Of a DNA stretch of 64,000 nt, positions 10,160 to 18,906 are shown in pieces; positions within the stretch are counted from its first letter, which is position 1, and each line of letters opens with the position of its first letter. The notes below the pieces were generated by a model. That model searched no databases, had not been told where the DNA came from, and was given only the letters and a program-made list of their open reading frames with translations. The stretch comes from a plasmid, in the sequence record AP029161.1, one strand, 5' to 3'. The translations under genes and the position numbers were made by a program.

Positions 10160-10624
10160 ATGAAAAAGCAAACTAAAAAAATAAAAAACCCAAAAGGATC
10201 TGGTCGAAAAAAACTATTTCAAGAAAAGTATCACGAAGAAATTATTCAGACCATGAAAAAAGGCCAAGGAGTTTCATTTTTTGCAGCTAAGATAGGAGTT
10301 TCAAAACAAACCATCTACAACTGGATTAACGAAAATGTAGAATTTAAGGAATCATTTGAAATTGCTCAGACAGCATGCCAAGCATTTTGGGAGAATTTGG
10401 CTTTAAATAATGCAGTAACAGCAAAAGGAAATGGGAATCAAATACAATACCAAATGAGTAAAAGATTTAGAGATGACTATGCTGATTCTTCTCAAATAAA
10501 TATTTTTAACTCTAATAATCAAAATGTAAATAGATCTATAAAAGATATGACAAGAGAAGAACTAGAAGCATATGAAAAAGATTTACTTCAAAAGTTGAAT
10601 TTAGAAAGCAATAATGAGCATTGA
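10160..10624 (+). CDS. terminase small subunit-like HTH protein
   Basis: Basic N-terminus with HTH (GVSKQTIYNWINEN). It lies immediately upstream of terL and overlaps it. Confidence 0.5.
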   Translation: MKKQTKKIKNPKGSGRKKLFQEKYHEEIIQTMKKGQGVSFFAAKIGVSKQTIYNWINENVEFKESFEIAQTACQAFWENLALNNAVTAKGNGNQIQYQMSKRFRDDYADSSQINIFNSNNQNVNRSIKDMTREELEAYEKDLLQKLNLESNNEH

Positions 10625-12029
10625 TATTCAAGAAAGAATTGCAATTCTTGAAAAGCTAAAAAAGATAAAAGAAAGAAAAAAAGAGCAAGATGATTTTCTA
10701 TCCTTCTGTATAAAAAGTTTTCCCAGATATAAAGCTGGTTGGGTCCATGAAGAAATTTGTAAAAAGTTAGAAAAATTTGCTCATGATGTTTATCTTGAAA
10801 AATCTCCTAGACTGATGATCTTTATGCCACCAAGACATGGAAAATCTTTTTTAGTTAGCGAAAGATTTCCTGCTTGGGTTTTAGGTAAATACCCTTATTT
10901 TGAATTTATTTCTGCAACATATGGAAAATCTTTAACACAAGGCTTTTCAAGAAAGTGCAGAAATTTAATTCACTCAAAATGGATAAAAGAAATATTCCCT
11001 AACTTTGACTTAAAGAAAGATAGTAAATCAGTTGATTTTTGGGAAACAACTTATGGTGGAGCTTTCATCGCAACTAGTATTGGTGGATCAGTAACTGGTA
11101 AAGGCGCACACATTTTATCAATTGATGATCCTCATAAAGGTATAGAAGAAGTTTTATCAGAAGTGATGAGAAACAAAACTCATGATTGGTATAAAACAGA
11201 TGCTTTTACACGTCTTTTACCTGGCGGTGGAGTAATTTTAACTCTTACGAGATGGCACGATGATGATTTAGCAGCAAGAATATTAGCAGAAGATACGGAT
11301 AATGAATGGGAAGTAATTTGTTACCCAGCGATAGCTACTGAAGATGAAGCGCATAGGAAAAAAGGAGAAGCATTACATCCAGAACGTTATCCTTTAAAAA
11401 TGCTTCAAAAGCTTTTAAAAACCCTTGGTTCGTTTTTCTTTAATGCTCTCTATCAACAGGACCCAGTGCCTGCTTCTGGAACAGTATTTAAAAAAGAATT
11501 TTGGAGATTCTATAATGAGCGATTTACTTTTTACGACAAAATTATTCAGGTTTGGGATTTAAGTTTTAAGGGTGACGAGAAAAGCGACTATACTGTGGGG
11601 CAAGTTTGGGGCAAAAAAGGAGCAAACTTTTATTTACTCGATCAAGTACGAGGTCAATGGGAATTTACTCAGCAAATTGAACAAATAAAAATGTTATCAA
11701 AAAAATATCCACTTGCATATTCAAAATACATAGAAGAAAAAGCTACGGCGACAGCGGTTATTTCTACACTCAAAAAAGAAATTACAGGTTTAATTCCATT
11801 CAATCCAAAATCTGATAAATACTCACGAGCTTTAGTTGCACAGCCTCCACAACAAGCAGGAAATATTCATCTACCTAACCCTCAACTAAATCCTTGGGTA
11901 AACGATTATATTGATGAACATTCTCGTTTTCCAAAAGGCAAAAATGATGATCAAGTCGATTGTACAAGTTTGGCGATGATTCAATTAAATAATAATGGGC
12001 TGGAGCATTTAAAAGCTTTGGTTTCTTAA
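10614..12029 (+). CDS. terminase large subunit
   Basis: ATPase motifs PPRHGKS and ILSIDDPHK, coupling motif LTRWHDDDL, and C-terminal nuclease Asp cluster GKNDDQVDCT. Confidence 0.85.
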   Translation: MSIDIQERIAILEKLKKIKERKKEQDDFLSFCIKSFPRYKAGWVHEEICKKLEKFAHDVYLEKSPRLMIFMPPRHGKSFLVSERFPAWVLGKYPYFEFISATYGKSLTQGFSRKCRNLIHSKWIKEIFPNFDLKKDSKSVDFWETTYGGAFIATSIGGSVTGKGAHILSIDDPHKGIEEVLSEVMRNKTHDWYKTDAFTRLLPGGGVILTLTRWHDDDLAARILAEDTDNEWEVICYPAIATEDEAHRKKGEALHPERYPLKMLQKLLKTLGSFFFNALYQQDPVPASGTVFKKEFWRFYNERFTFYDKIIQVWDLSFKGDEKSDYTVGQVWGKKGANFYLLDQVRGQWEFTQQIEQIKMLSKKYPLAYSKYIEEKATATAVISTLKKEITGLIPFNPKSDKYSRALVAQPPQQAGNIHLPNPQLNPWVNDYIDEHSRFPKGKNDDQVDCTSLAMIQLNNNGLEHLKALVS

Positions 12030-12859
12030 ATTTTAAATCCGAAATGCTTAAATGCTTTTTCTAGTAAATTCTTTTCATCTTCGGTTAGATTATTTTCTAA
12101 AATGTAGTTGCTAAATTTTTCGCTAGTAAATTTTTTACTTTCTTTTTGGGGAACGCGTTCCCCAGTCAGCCCACAAATTAAATTAAGCTCATCGATTAGT
12201 TTATCATCGCTTTCCCATTTTTTCTTGGAAATATTACAAAGAGAACGAAGGCTGAATTTTTCAGGGAACTCTTTGATTAACTCTCTTGCTTTTATTGGCC
12301 ACTGACCAACTTTTATTATATTTTTAATATATTTTTTATCTCGACTAAATTTTTTCGCTATGTCGTCAGCATCCCATCCTTGCGCAACTAGATCAGCGTA
12401 GCCCTCAGCTACATCAATTGGATGCAAGTCTTCACGTAGTAAATTTTCAATTAAAGCATGTTCAGTTCGTTTTGAAGAATTAGATGAGTAAACTTTAAGA
12501 TTAGCTTTAATTTTTTCAATACCAAGTTCTTTGCATGCTAAGATTCTTCTATGACCAGCGACAGCAATTAGTTCAAAATCATCACCATCAATGTTTCTCC
12601 TAACCTCAACTAGAACTGGCTGGATCACTCCCTCACTTGCAATACTATTCTTTAAATCCAAAAATTCAGGTTTACTAATATCAATTCTGTTTCTAATATT
12701 TTCATTTAATTTTATCTGATTTACGTTTAATGCCACTGTTTTATTTTCTTCAGCAGCTTTTTCATAAAGTAAAACAGTATTTAGTCTATCAGAATTAGAA
12801 ACAACGCTAGCAAATCTACTTAATTTTTCAGCTTCAATCGCTTGACTAATAGTACTCAT
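12026..12859 (-). CDS. parB: ParB-like partition protein
   Basis: ParB-box motifs GHRRILACKELG and ENLLREDLHPID. It lies downstream of parA and overlaps it by 4 nt. Confidence 0.8.
   Translation of the reverse strand: MSTISQAIEAEKLSRFASVVSNSDRLNTVLLYEKAAEENKTVALNVNQIKLNENIRNRIDISKPEFLDLKNSIASEGVIQPVLVEVRRNIDGDDFELIAVAGHRRILACKELGIEKIKANLKVYSSNSSKRTEHALIENLLREDLHPIDVAEGYADLVAQGWDADDIAKKFSRDKKYIKNIIKVGQWPIKARELIKEFPEKFSLRSLCNISKKKWESDDKLIDELNLICGLTGERVPQKESKKFTSEKFSNYILENNLTEDEKNLLEKAFKHFGFKI
12148..12163. promoter_or_regulatory. 16-bp perfect palindrome GGGGAACGCGTTCCCC (candidate parS copy inside the parB 3' end)
   Basis: Identical to the copy at 13810..13825. A GC palindrome of this kind is very improbable by chance in AT-rich DNA. 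Confidence 0.5.
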
Positions 12860-13737
12860 ATTTCAAGATCCTCTATTTCGATAGAATTTAAACTGTAATT
12901 TTCTTTCTTAATTTCTAATTTAGAAGTTGCTCCTGTAATTTCTTTCTGTGCTAAATCAATCTGTTTTTGAACTTCTTCAGCTAGGCTCAAATATGCTTTT
13001 GAAATTGGGCTTTTTTCTTTATAAATAATTAGTGCTTGATGTTTCATCGATGCACCATAAATCATTTGCGAAAATGGAATAATAGTTTCAAAAATGTGGA
13101 TATCATTTTCATTACCTATTTTTCTTAGAAGCTTTTCACCTGCTAATTGGAATGCGCTTTTTTTATCGAATTTCTGAATTACACATCCAAGCATTTTTAG
13201 ATTTGAATTGTAGTATTGTTTTATTTTTTCGGCATTGCCAACAACCATTGCTAGCCCGTCAATCACGTCGTTTTCAGCAAACATTGGGACCAAGTAAAAA
13301 TCACTCTCGCGAAGTGCTGACTGAAAAAGGCAATCAGGATTCGGATTTGTATCAATGATGACAAAATCATAACTATTGCGAACATCACTTAAAACATCTG
13401 CTAGCAAAAAAAGTTGTTCGGGCTTTCCTGTATGACGTAAAACTATTTCCTCTAAAGCTGTCGAACTTGGCAGTAAATCTAAATTCTCTACATTTGTTTT
13501 CACTGCAAACTTTTTAAAATTAACTTTTTTTAAAATTGCATTAGCTACAGATTGTTCTGATTTTAATTCACGACTACGAACATTCAACAATTCAGTAGCA
13601 TTAGCTTGATAATCGAGGTCCACCAAAAGAACTTTTTTTCCTGAATAAGCAAGGCATGAAGCTAAATTAACAGCACATGTTGTTTTTCCAGAACCTCCCT
13701 TCTGAATTGTGACCGTTATAATTTTTCCCATTCTCAT
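12856..13737 (-). CDS. parA: ParA partition ATPase (type Ib)
   Basis: Deviant Walker A KGGSGKTT. Confidence 0.85.
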   Translation of the reverse strand: MRMGKIITVTIQKGGSGKTTCAVNLASCLAYSGKKVLLVDLDYQANATELLNVRSRELKSEQSVANAILKKVNFKKFAVKTNVENLDLLPSSTALEEIVLRHTGKPEQLFLLADVLSDVRNSYDFVIIDTNPNPDCLFQSALRESDFYLVPMFAENDVIDGLAMVVGNAEKIKQYYNSNLKMLGCVIQKFDKKSAFQLAGEKLLRKIGNENDIHIFETIIPFSQMIYGASMKHQALIIYKEKSPISKAYLSLAEEVQKQIDLAQKEITGATSKLEIKKENYSLNSIEIEDLEI

Positions 13738-13809
13738 TCTCCTTTAATAAAATTTTTAATTAAAAATATTTTATTAAATTTTCATGTGATTAAAAGAGTC
13801 AAAAAAAAT

Positions 13810-13825
13810 GGGGAACGCGTTCCCC
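13810..13825. promoter_or_regulatory. 16-bp perfect palindrome GGGGAACGCGTTCCCC (candidate parS upstream of parA)
   Basis: Lies 73 bp upstream of the parA start codon. Confidence 0.55.
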
Positions 13826-13896
13826 TAATTTTACTAACTAAACGTTTAAATTTAATTTGTATATAGTTCCACTAATTTAATTTATAAGTAAACATT

Positions 13897-14550
13897 TTAG
13901 TTGAACATTCTTCCAGTTTTTTGAATATTTTTTTCTACTTCTTTTGCCTGAAGTGCTAATTGTTCAATTATTTCTTGATGAGGTCTATTTTTAAATTTAT
14001 CTATTACAGCTCTTCGTTCAGGATTATCAGGTGGTAGAACAGTTAGTATAACAGCTGCCATATTCTCCATATTTCCTTCTAATTGCTTAACCTTTTCCTC
14101 TAACTTAGATACTCTTTCAACATCTGCTTTATCGTTAATTTTAACATCCAATTTTGTAATGTCTTCAACTGTTGCAACTGTTGATCTAGAAAGTCTCTCT
14201 CTATTTATGTAGTTCAAAACGCCCGATGATGGAGCAAAGTAATTTTTTTTGTAAATGAAATTTGGATCATTAGGTTTAACTTTCCAAACTAAAACTCCTT
14301 TAAGTATAAGTTTCTCCCTTAGCGAATCAAAAGATTGTCCTTCTGAAATTAAACCAGCTCTTTCAAAATCATGTCGATAAAGCAAAACAAATTCTCCATC
14401 TCTTTTTTCTAATGGAGCTTCAACAAAAGCGTTTAGTAAAAAATGAGCTAGTTTCGATGCACTTTCAATTTTTTTTCTTCGTAAAAATTGTTCCAAGCTT
14501 CCATAGACCTTATATTTACCATTTACAGCCATGTTACTTCGTCCTTCCAT
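13897..14550 (-). CDS. putative replication initiator (Rep). Assignment is by context only.
   Basis: Gene lies immediately downstream of the iteron array and upstream of parS-parAB. The protein itself has no recognisable motif, only a C-terminal coiled coil. Confidence 0.35.
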   Translation of the reverse strand: MEGRSNMAVNGKYKVYGSLEQFLRRKKIESASKLAHFLLNAFVEAPLEKRDGEFVLLYRHDFERAGLISEGQSFDSLREKLILKGVLVWKVKPNDPNFIYKKNYFAPSSGVLNYINRERLSRSTVATVEDITKLDVKINDKADVERVSKLEEKVKQLEGNMENMAAVILTVLPPDNPERRAVIDKFKNRPHQEIIEQLALQAKEVEKNIQKTGRMFN

Positions 14551-14670
14551 AGTAGATAAATGACTAGGAAAAATATTACCATTTCATTTTTTTTTGGTCT
14601 AGCGTAGTTAGTTAATTTCTGACTGTGAGTAATGTAACATTCGCTAATTTAAATGTTGTTACTATGGATT

Positions 14671-14843
14671 TACTACGAATTTACTACGCTATAATTTTAA
14701 GCTACTACGAATTTACTACGCTAAAGTAACAGATCGTAGTAAATTCGTAGTATGAAATTTTAATAACTATTTAATATTATTAAAAATACTAGTTTATGAG
14801 TGCGTAGTAAATTCGTAGTAAATTCGTAGTAAATTCGTAGTAG
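14671..14843. repeat. iteron-like array of TACTACGAATTT (11-12 bp period) repeats
   Basis: Two direct 19-mers TACTACGAATTTACTACGC, one inverted copy, then 3.5 tandem inverted units CGTAGTAAATT. Confidence 0.65.
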
Positions 14844-15242
14844 ATTTTTTTTAAAAGGTGCTATTTTATTAAATAAGTCTGCTATAGTAATGTACGGAAA
14901 AACACCTATGCTCAACGATTAGGGCAACATCAAAAAAATACGATCCCAATGATATTTTGAATCGATGTAGCTTGTGTCCGCAGTTTAAGCAATCTGAAAA
15001 TTAAAAATTTGTGGGCGGCCACATGGTGCGAAATTTTCTTTGAAAATTATCGCACCTATCTTATCGCTAGTACAAGCATGTTAGTACTAGCGTCTTGTAG
15101 TCATGATCCTAGAAAAAAATAGTCGCCAGAGTATTTTAAACTTATAGTAAGTGAGATTTTAAAAATAGATGTTCCAATAGTCATCAGATTTTTTAATGAG
15201 CCTTAAAACGGCTTAAAATGATTTTGTTTATTTTTTATGCAT

Positions 15243-15671
15243 TTAGCGTTTTTTTAAAACAAGTTCCCATTCATAGCCCAGACCTTCAACGACTTTATTA
15301 AACGTAGAAATAGAAGGTTCACGCTTTCCATCTTCGTATTGTGAATAAGATGTTTTTGCGCAATTCAATTTGTCGGCAATTTTAGATTGTGAGAAATGTT
15401 CTTTATTCCTAATACTTTTGAATATTGTGGATGTAGCTAGTTTGAAGTTTTTAAACTTAATGTAAAATCGAACATCATCAACAATTTCAAGAGTAAAATC
15501 ATCATCCTTAAATTTTTCTTTCGAATTACAATTGAACATTAAAAGTAATCGATTGTTTAGTTTGCTAAAAAGATCTTCAACATCAGCCGTAGAGATTTCT
15601 AAAACATCAAGCAGTTCAATTTTTGCAATCCATCGTTCATTTTTAAAATAGTATTGGCCTTCCAAGTTCAT
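15243..15671 (-). CDS. XRE-family HTH repressor (CI-like) with C-terminal HTH
   Basis: SQSKIADKLNCAKTSYSQYEDGKREPSISTFNKVVEGLG helix-turn-helix. Lies divergent to the 15731 gene with a palindromic operator between them. Confidence 0.6.
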   Translation of the reverse strand: MNLEGQYYFKNERWIAKIELLDVLEISTADVEDLFSKLNNRLLLMFNCNSKEKFKDDDFTLEIVDDVRFYIKFKNFKLATSTIFKSIRNKEHFSQSKIADKLNCAKTSYSQYEDGKREPSISTFNKVVEGLGYEWELVLKKR

Positions 15672-15692
15672 AAATTTTTCTCCTAAATTTCG

Positions 15693-15708
15693 ACAGTCAA
15701 TTGACTGT
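15693..15708. promoter_or_regulatory. perfect 16-bp palindrome ACAGTCAATTGACTGT (candidate operator of the 15243 repressor)
   Basis: Centred in the 59-bp divergent intergenic region. Confidence 0.55.
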
Positions 15709-15730
15709 ATAAAAAATATTTATTTTTGCA

Positions 15731-16060
15731 ATGGATAAAAAAAAGTATTTTTGTAAAAATTGGGAACAAATGGAGGGACCTATGCAAAATTATATTTCGG
15801 TCACAGAATCAGAAATTGAAAAAATTAAAAATGAATTTGAATTTTACATAAATAAATTGTCAGAGATAAGTTCAATTTTAAATAATGAAATGGAAGCTTC
15901 TTTAGTCCTTCTATCTGCTGCAAGAATAAATATAGATAATATAAATGATAAGTTTAAAGTTGATTTTCCTTTGGCTGCTGAGCTATATAAAAATTTGTCT
16001 ACACAGGTTAAAGATTTTGAAGATGAAATTGCAGCTCATATAATTGCGGCTAAAAAATAG
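15731..16060 (+). CDS. hypothetical protein
   Basis: ORF track. Confidence 0.4.
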   Translation: MDKKKYFCKNWEQMEGPMQNYISVTESEIEKIKNEFEFYINKLSEISSILNNEMEASLVLLSAARINIDNINDKFKVDFPLAAELYKNLSTQVKDFEDEIAAHIIAAKK

Positions 16061-16628
16061 GGGTTTTATTATGGCTTTTAATTATAAAACAGCTTCCAAA
16101 GAAGAAAGACAAAATGAATTTAATAGGATTGCTAAAATTACAGGAGATAATCAAATCCATACAAAAAAAGAGCTTCATTATCTTCCTGAGATTTTAAGAG
16201 ATGATGAGGAATTACTTGCATTTTCATCTGGGTTTATGGACGGAAATTCTTGGCTTATAGCTTTAACTGATAGAAGAATTATATTTTTAGATAAAGGAAT
16301 GATTTATGGATTAAAACAATCATTTATTGATATTGATAAAATAAATTCAATTTCTTGCTCTTCTGGTATTTTATTTGGAGATATTATAGTAACAGATGGT
16401 GCAGTACAAAGAAATATTTCATATGTGGAAAAACATACTGTTAAATTATTTACCAATAAAGTTCAAGAGGTTATAGATTCTAGGAAAAAAACTAAGGAAG
16501 ATAATAAATACAACTTTAACCAAGGCTCAATTATTGAACAACTAGAAAAGTTAGCCGCTTTAAAAGACAAAGGAATTTTAACTCTATCTGAGTTCGAAAA
16601 TCAAAAACAAAAATTACTTAATTTATAA
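16044..16628 (+). CDS. bacterial PH (YdbT/bPH_2-like) domain protein with C-terminal SHOCT motif
   Basis: C-terminus LKDKGILTLSEFENQKQKLL matches the SHOCT pattern. Confidence 0.5.
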   Translation: MRLKNRGFIMAFNYKTASKEERQNEFNRIAKITGDNQIHTKKELHYLPEILRDDEELLAFSSGFMDGNSWLIALTDRRIIFLDKGMIYGLKQSFIDIDKINSISCSSGILFGDIIVTDGAVQRNISYVEKHTVKLFTNKVQEVIDSRKKTKEDNKYNFNQGSIIEQLEKLAALKDKGILTLSEFENQKQKLLNL

Positions 16629-16682
16629 TTACTATTTGGACATTCCGTTTATCTCTTCTTAATATAAAAATTAGGAGGAGAT

Positions 16683-18041
16683 ATGAAAAAGATTCAAAAT
16701 CTCAAAAAAACAAATGAATTAAATTTAGATGGCTGGCAAGATGTAAAGAGAGGTTTAAACTCTTTTAAAGACAAAAGAAATTCTATTCAATTAACTGATT
16801 TTTCGGTCAGTAAATCTTATGCTGATATTCTTTACAAAACCGATAGCCTAGCAAAAAAAATAGTTAACGAACCAGTTGAAGACTCGCTTAGAGAAGGTTT
16901 TAGTTATGTTCTTAAAAGAAAAAAAGAATCTGAAAAATTAAACCATGAGTTTAAACGTTTGCACTTAAGAAACAAAATAGAGTCAGCTTGGAAAGATGCA
17001 AGAAAATATGGAGGAGCTGTACTTCTTTTTGGGTTTGATGATGGAGATACGTTAGTAAATGAATTGGAAATAGAAAAAATTAAAGGAATAAAATGGATAC
17101 TTCCTTTTAATAAACATCAAATACAAGCAGAAGGAATTGATGAAAATTTAGAGTCATCAAACTTCGGAAGACCTTTATTTTATAAATTTAACTATTCAAA
17201 TAATTTTAAAGAAAATAACAATGTTGTAGAAAAATTCCACGCTTCAAGATGTATAGTTTTTGATGGAGATATTTTAGATTATGAAAGTTTTAAAAGAAAT
17301 GGATTTTTTCACGAAAGCATTCTAACCTCAATTTATCCAGCCCTAAAAAATTACAATATAGCCCACGAAAGTATAGCCGCTGCATTTCCTGAAATATGGC
17401 AAGGAATTTATAAAATTCCGTCATTTATGGATGCAGTAGCTTCTAGCAATGAGGAATTAGTTAAAAAAAGAATCCAAATAATGGATGATATGCGCTCAAA
17501 TTTTAGGGCATTAGTTTTAGGTGAAGGTGAAGATTTTGACAGAAAAGCTTTATCATTTGCAGGAATTCCTGAACTATTAAATAAAGTGACAGAAAGACTT
17601 GTTGCTGTAGCAAAAATGCCACACACAAAATTACTAGGTGAAGGTAGCCAAGGAAATACTAGCGGACGAACAGAGCAAACTGAATGGTACGATATTGTTT
17701 CTCACATTCAAGAACAATATCTACAACCTAAATTAGAAACTATTGGAGAGTATTTAAAACAATATATTTGTCAAGATAAAGAGCAGGAAATACAAATAGA
17801 ATTTAATTCTTTGTACCAGCAAGATCCATTAAAAGAAGCTGATGTCTATTTAAAATATGCACAAGCTGATAATCTTTATATTAATAACCAAACAATAGAT
17901 CCGCATGAAGTAGCGCAATCAAGATTTAGTGGGCTTAAATTTGGAAATAGAATTATTCTTGATAAAAAAATAAGAAAGGCTAATAAATTAACTTCTGAGA
18001 TTACAGAAAATAATGGAAATAGCGAGCCAGAAAATGAATAG
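16683..18041 (+). CDS. portal protein
   Basis: 452 aa; position immediately upstream of the Mu-F-like gene. SD aggagg upstream. Confidence 0.6.
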   Translation: MKKIQNLKKTNELNLDGWQDVKRGLNSFKDKRNSIQLTDFSVSKSYADILYKTDSLAKKIVNEPVEDSLREGFSYVLKRKKESEKLNHEFKRLHLRNKIESAWKDARKYGGAVLLFGFDDGDTLVNELEIEKIKGIKWILPFNKHQIQAEGIDENLESSNFGRPLFYKFNYSNNFKENNNVVEKFHASRCIVFDGDILDYESFKRNGFFHESILTSIYPALKNYNIAHESIAAAFPEIWQGIYKIPSFMDAVASSNEELVKKRIQIMDDMRSNFRALVLGEGEDFDRKALSFAGIPELLNKVTERLVAVAKMPHTKLLGEGSQGNTSGRTEQTEWYDIVSHIQEQYLQPKLETIGEYLKQYICQDKEQEIQIEFNSLYQQDPLKEADVYLKYAQADNLYINNQTIDPHEVAQSRFSGLKFGNRIILDKKIRKANKLTSEITENNGNSEPENE

Positions 18042-18876
18042 CATTCAATTTATTGAATATGCTCTTTTGAATTCAAAACCAAATTTAAAAGTCAGAATTC
18101 AAGCTGAACCTCCAATTTCTCTTGAACGTCAATTTCAAAATGAAGTTCAAAATTTAGTAAAACCATTTTTTAAGAAATTTAGAAATGATTTACTTTTAAA
18201 ATATAACAATTGGAATGATAAATATTCTTTAAATTTAGATTCTGAAGATGAAGAAGATAAGAGTGATATTGAAATATTTTTCAGTAATATTTTAAAAGGA
18301 TTAGGAATTTATTTTAGCTATAAAGTTTTAAAATCATTAATTAGTAATTTTGCACAAAAGATTTTTTTCTTTTCAAAAAACAAATTATCTAATCAGTTGG
18401 AAAAAATATTTGGATTGAAGCCATTTTATAGTCAAGAAAATTTAAAAATAGCAATTAATTTATGGGTGGAAAAGAACATAACTAAATTGAATAATAATTT
18501 AATTCAGTATGTAAATAATAATAAACTTACAATTTATTCAATGCTTGAAAAAGAAGAAAAAGGAAAAGATTATTTAAAAAAACAAGTAATTGAAAATGAA
18601 TTTAAATTTGAGTCTTCCATTGCCTTCTTAGCTCGTGATCAGGTTTCTGGGCTTGACGGCTTATTAACTAAAATTTTGCATGCGGAAATAGGTTTGGACG
18701 ATTTTATATGGTCAACATGCAGAGATGACAAAGTAAGACCCACACATCGAGCACTAGAAGGTAAGCTATGTTCTTGGTCTAACTTACCGAAATCAAATGG
18801 AATTTATATATATCCAAGTTCAGAAAATGGTTGTAGATGTGTTGCTCGCCCATTAGTTAGTCGCAAATTAATTTAG
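18013..18876 (+). CDS. head morphogenesis protein (Mu gpF / SPP1 gp7 family)
   Basis: C-terminal STCRDDKVRPTHRALEGK motif, characteristic of Phage_Mu_F. Confidence 0.7.
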   Translation: MEIASQKMNSIQFIEYALLNSKPNLKVRIQAEPPISLERQFQNEVQNLVKPFFKKFRNDLLLKYNNWNDKYSLNLDSEDEEDKSDIEIFFSNILKGLGIYFSYKVLKSLISNFAQKIFFFSKNKLSNQLEKIFGLKPFYSQENLKIAINLWVEKNITKLNNNLIQYVNNNKLTIYSMLEKEEKGKDYLKKQVIENEFKFESSIAFLARDQVSGLDGLLTKILHAEIGLDDFIWSTCRDDKVRPTHRALEGKLCSWSNLPKSNGIYIYPSSENGCRCVARPLVSRKLI

Positions 18877-18886
18877 ACAGTCCGTT
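18873..18886 (+). promoter_or_regulatory. late-operon motif TTAGACAGTCCGTT, copy 2
   Basis: 21 nt upstream of the ATG at 18907. Confidence 0.55.
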
Positions 18887-18906
18887 TTTAATTAAATATT
18901 TTTTAA

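Noticed and set aside
12108-12305. 65-aa plus-strand ORF inside parB (and similar embedded ORFs 13152..13358, 17408..17626, 19623..19817, 37628..37813, 38182..38427, 49080..49550, 52864..53229, 53626..53913, 56687..56881, 59673..59879, 60325..60555)
   Set aside because: All lie antisense within well-supported genes and lack start signals
14671-14843. CRISPR array
   Set aside because: Repeat units are 11-12 bp, contiguous or irregularly spaced, and present in both orientations, which is iteron-like. There are no 25-40-bp repeats with unique spacers and no cas genes.
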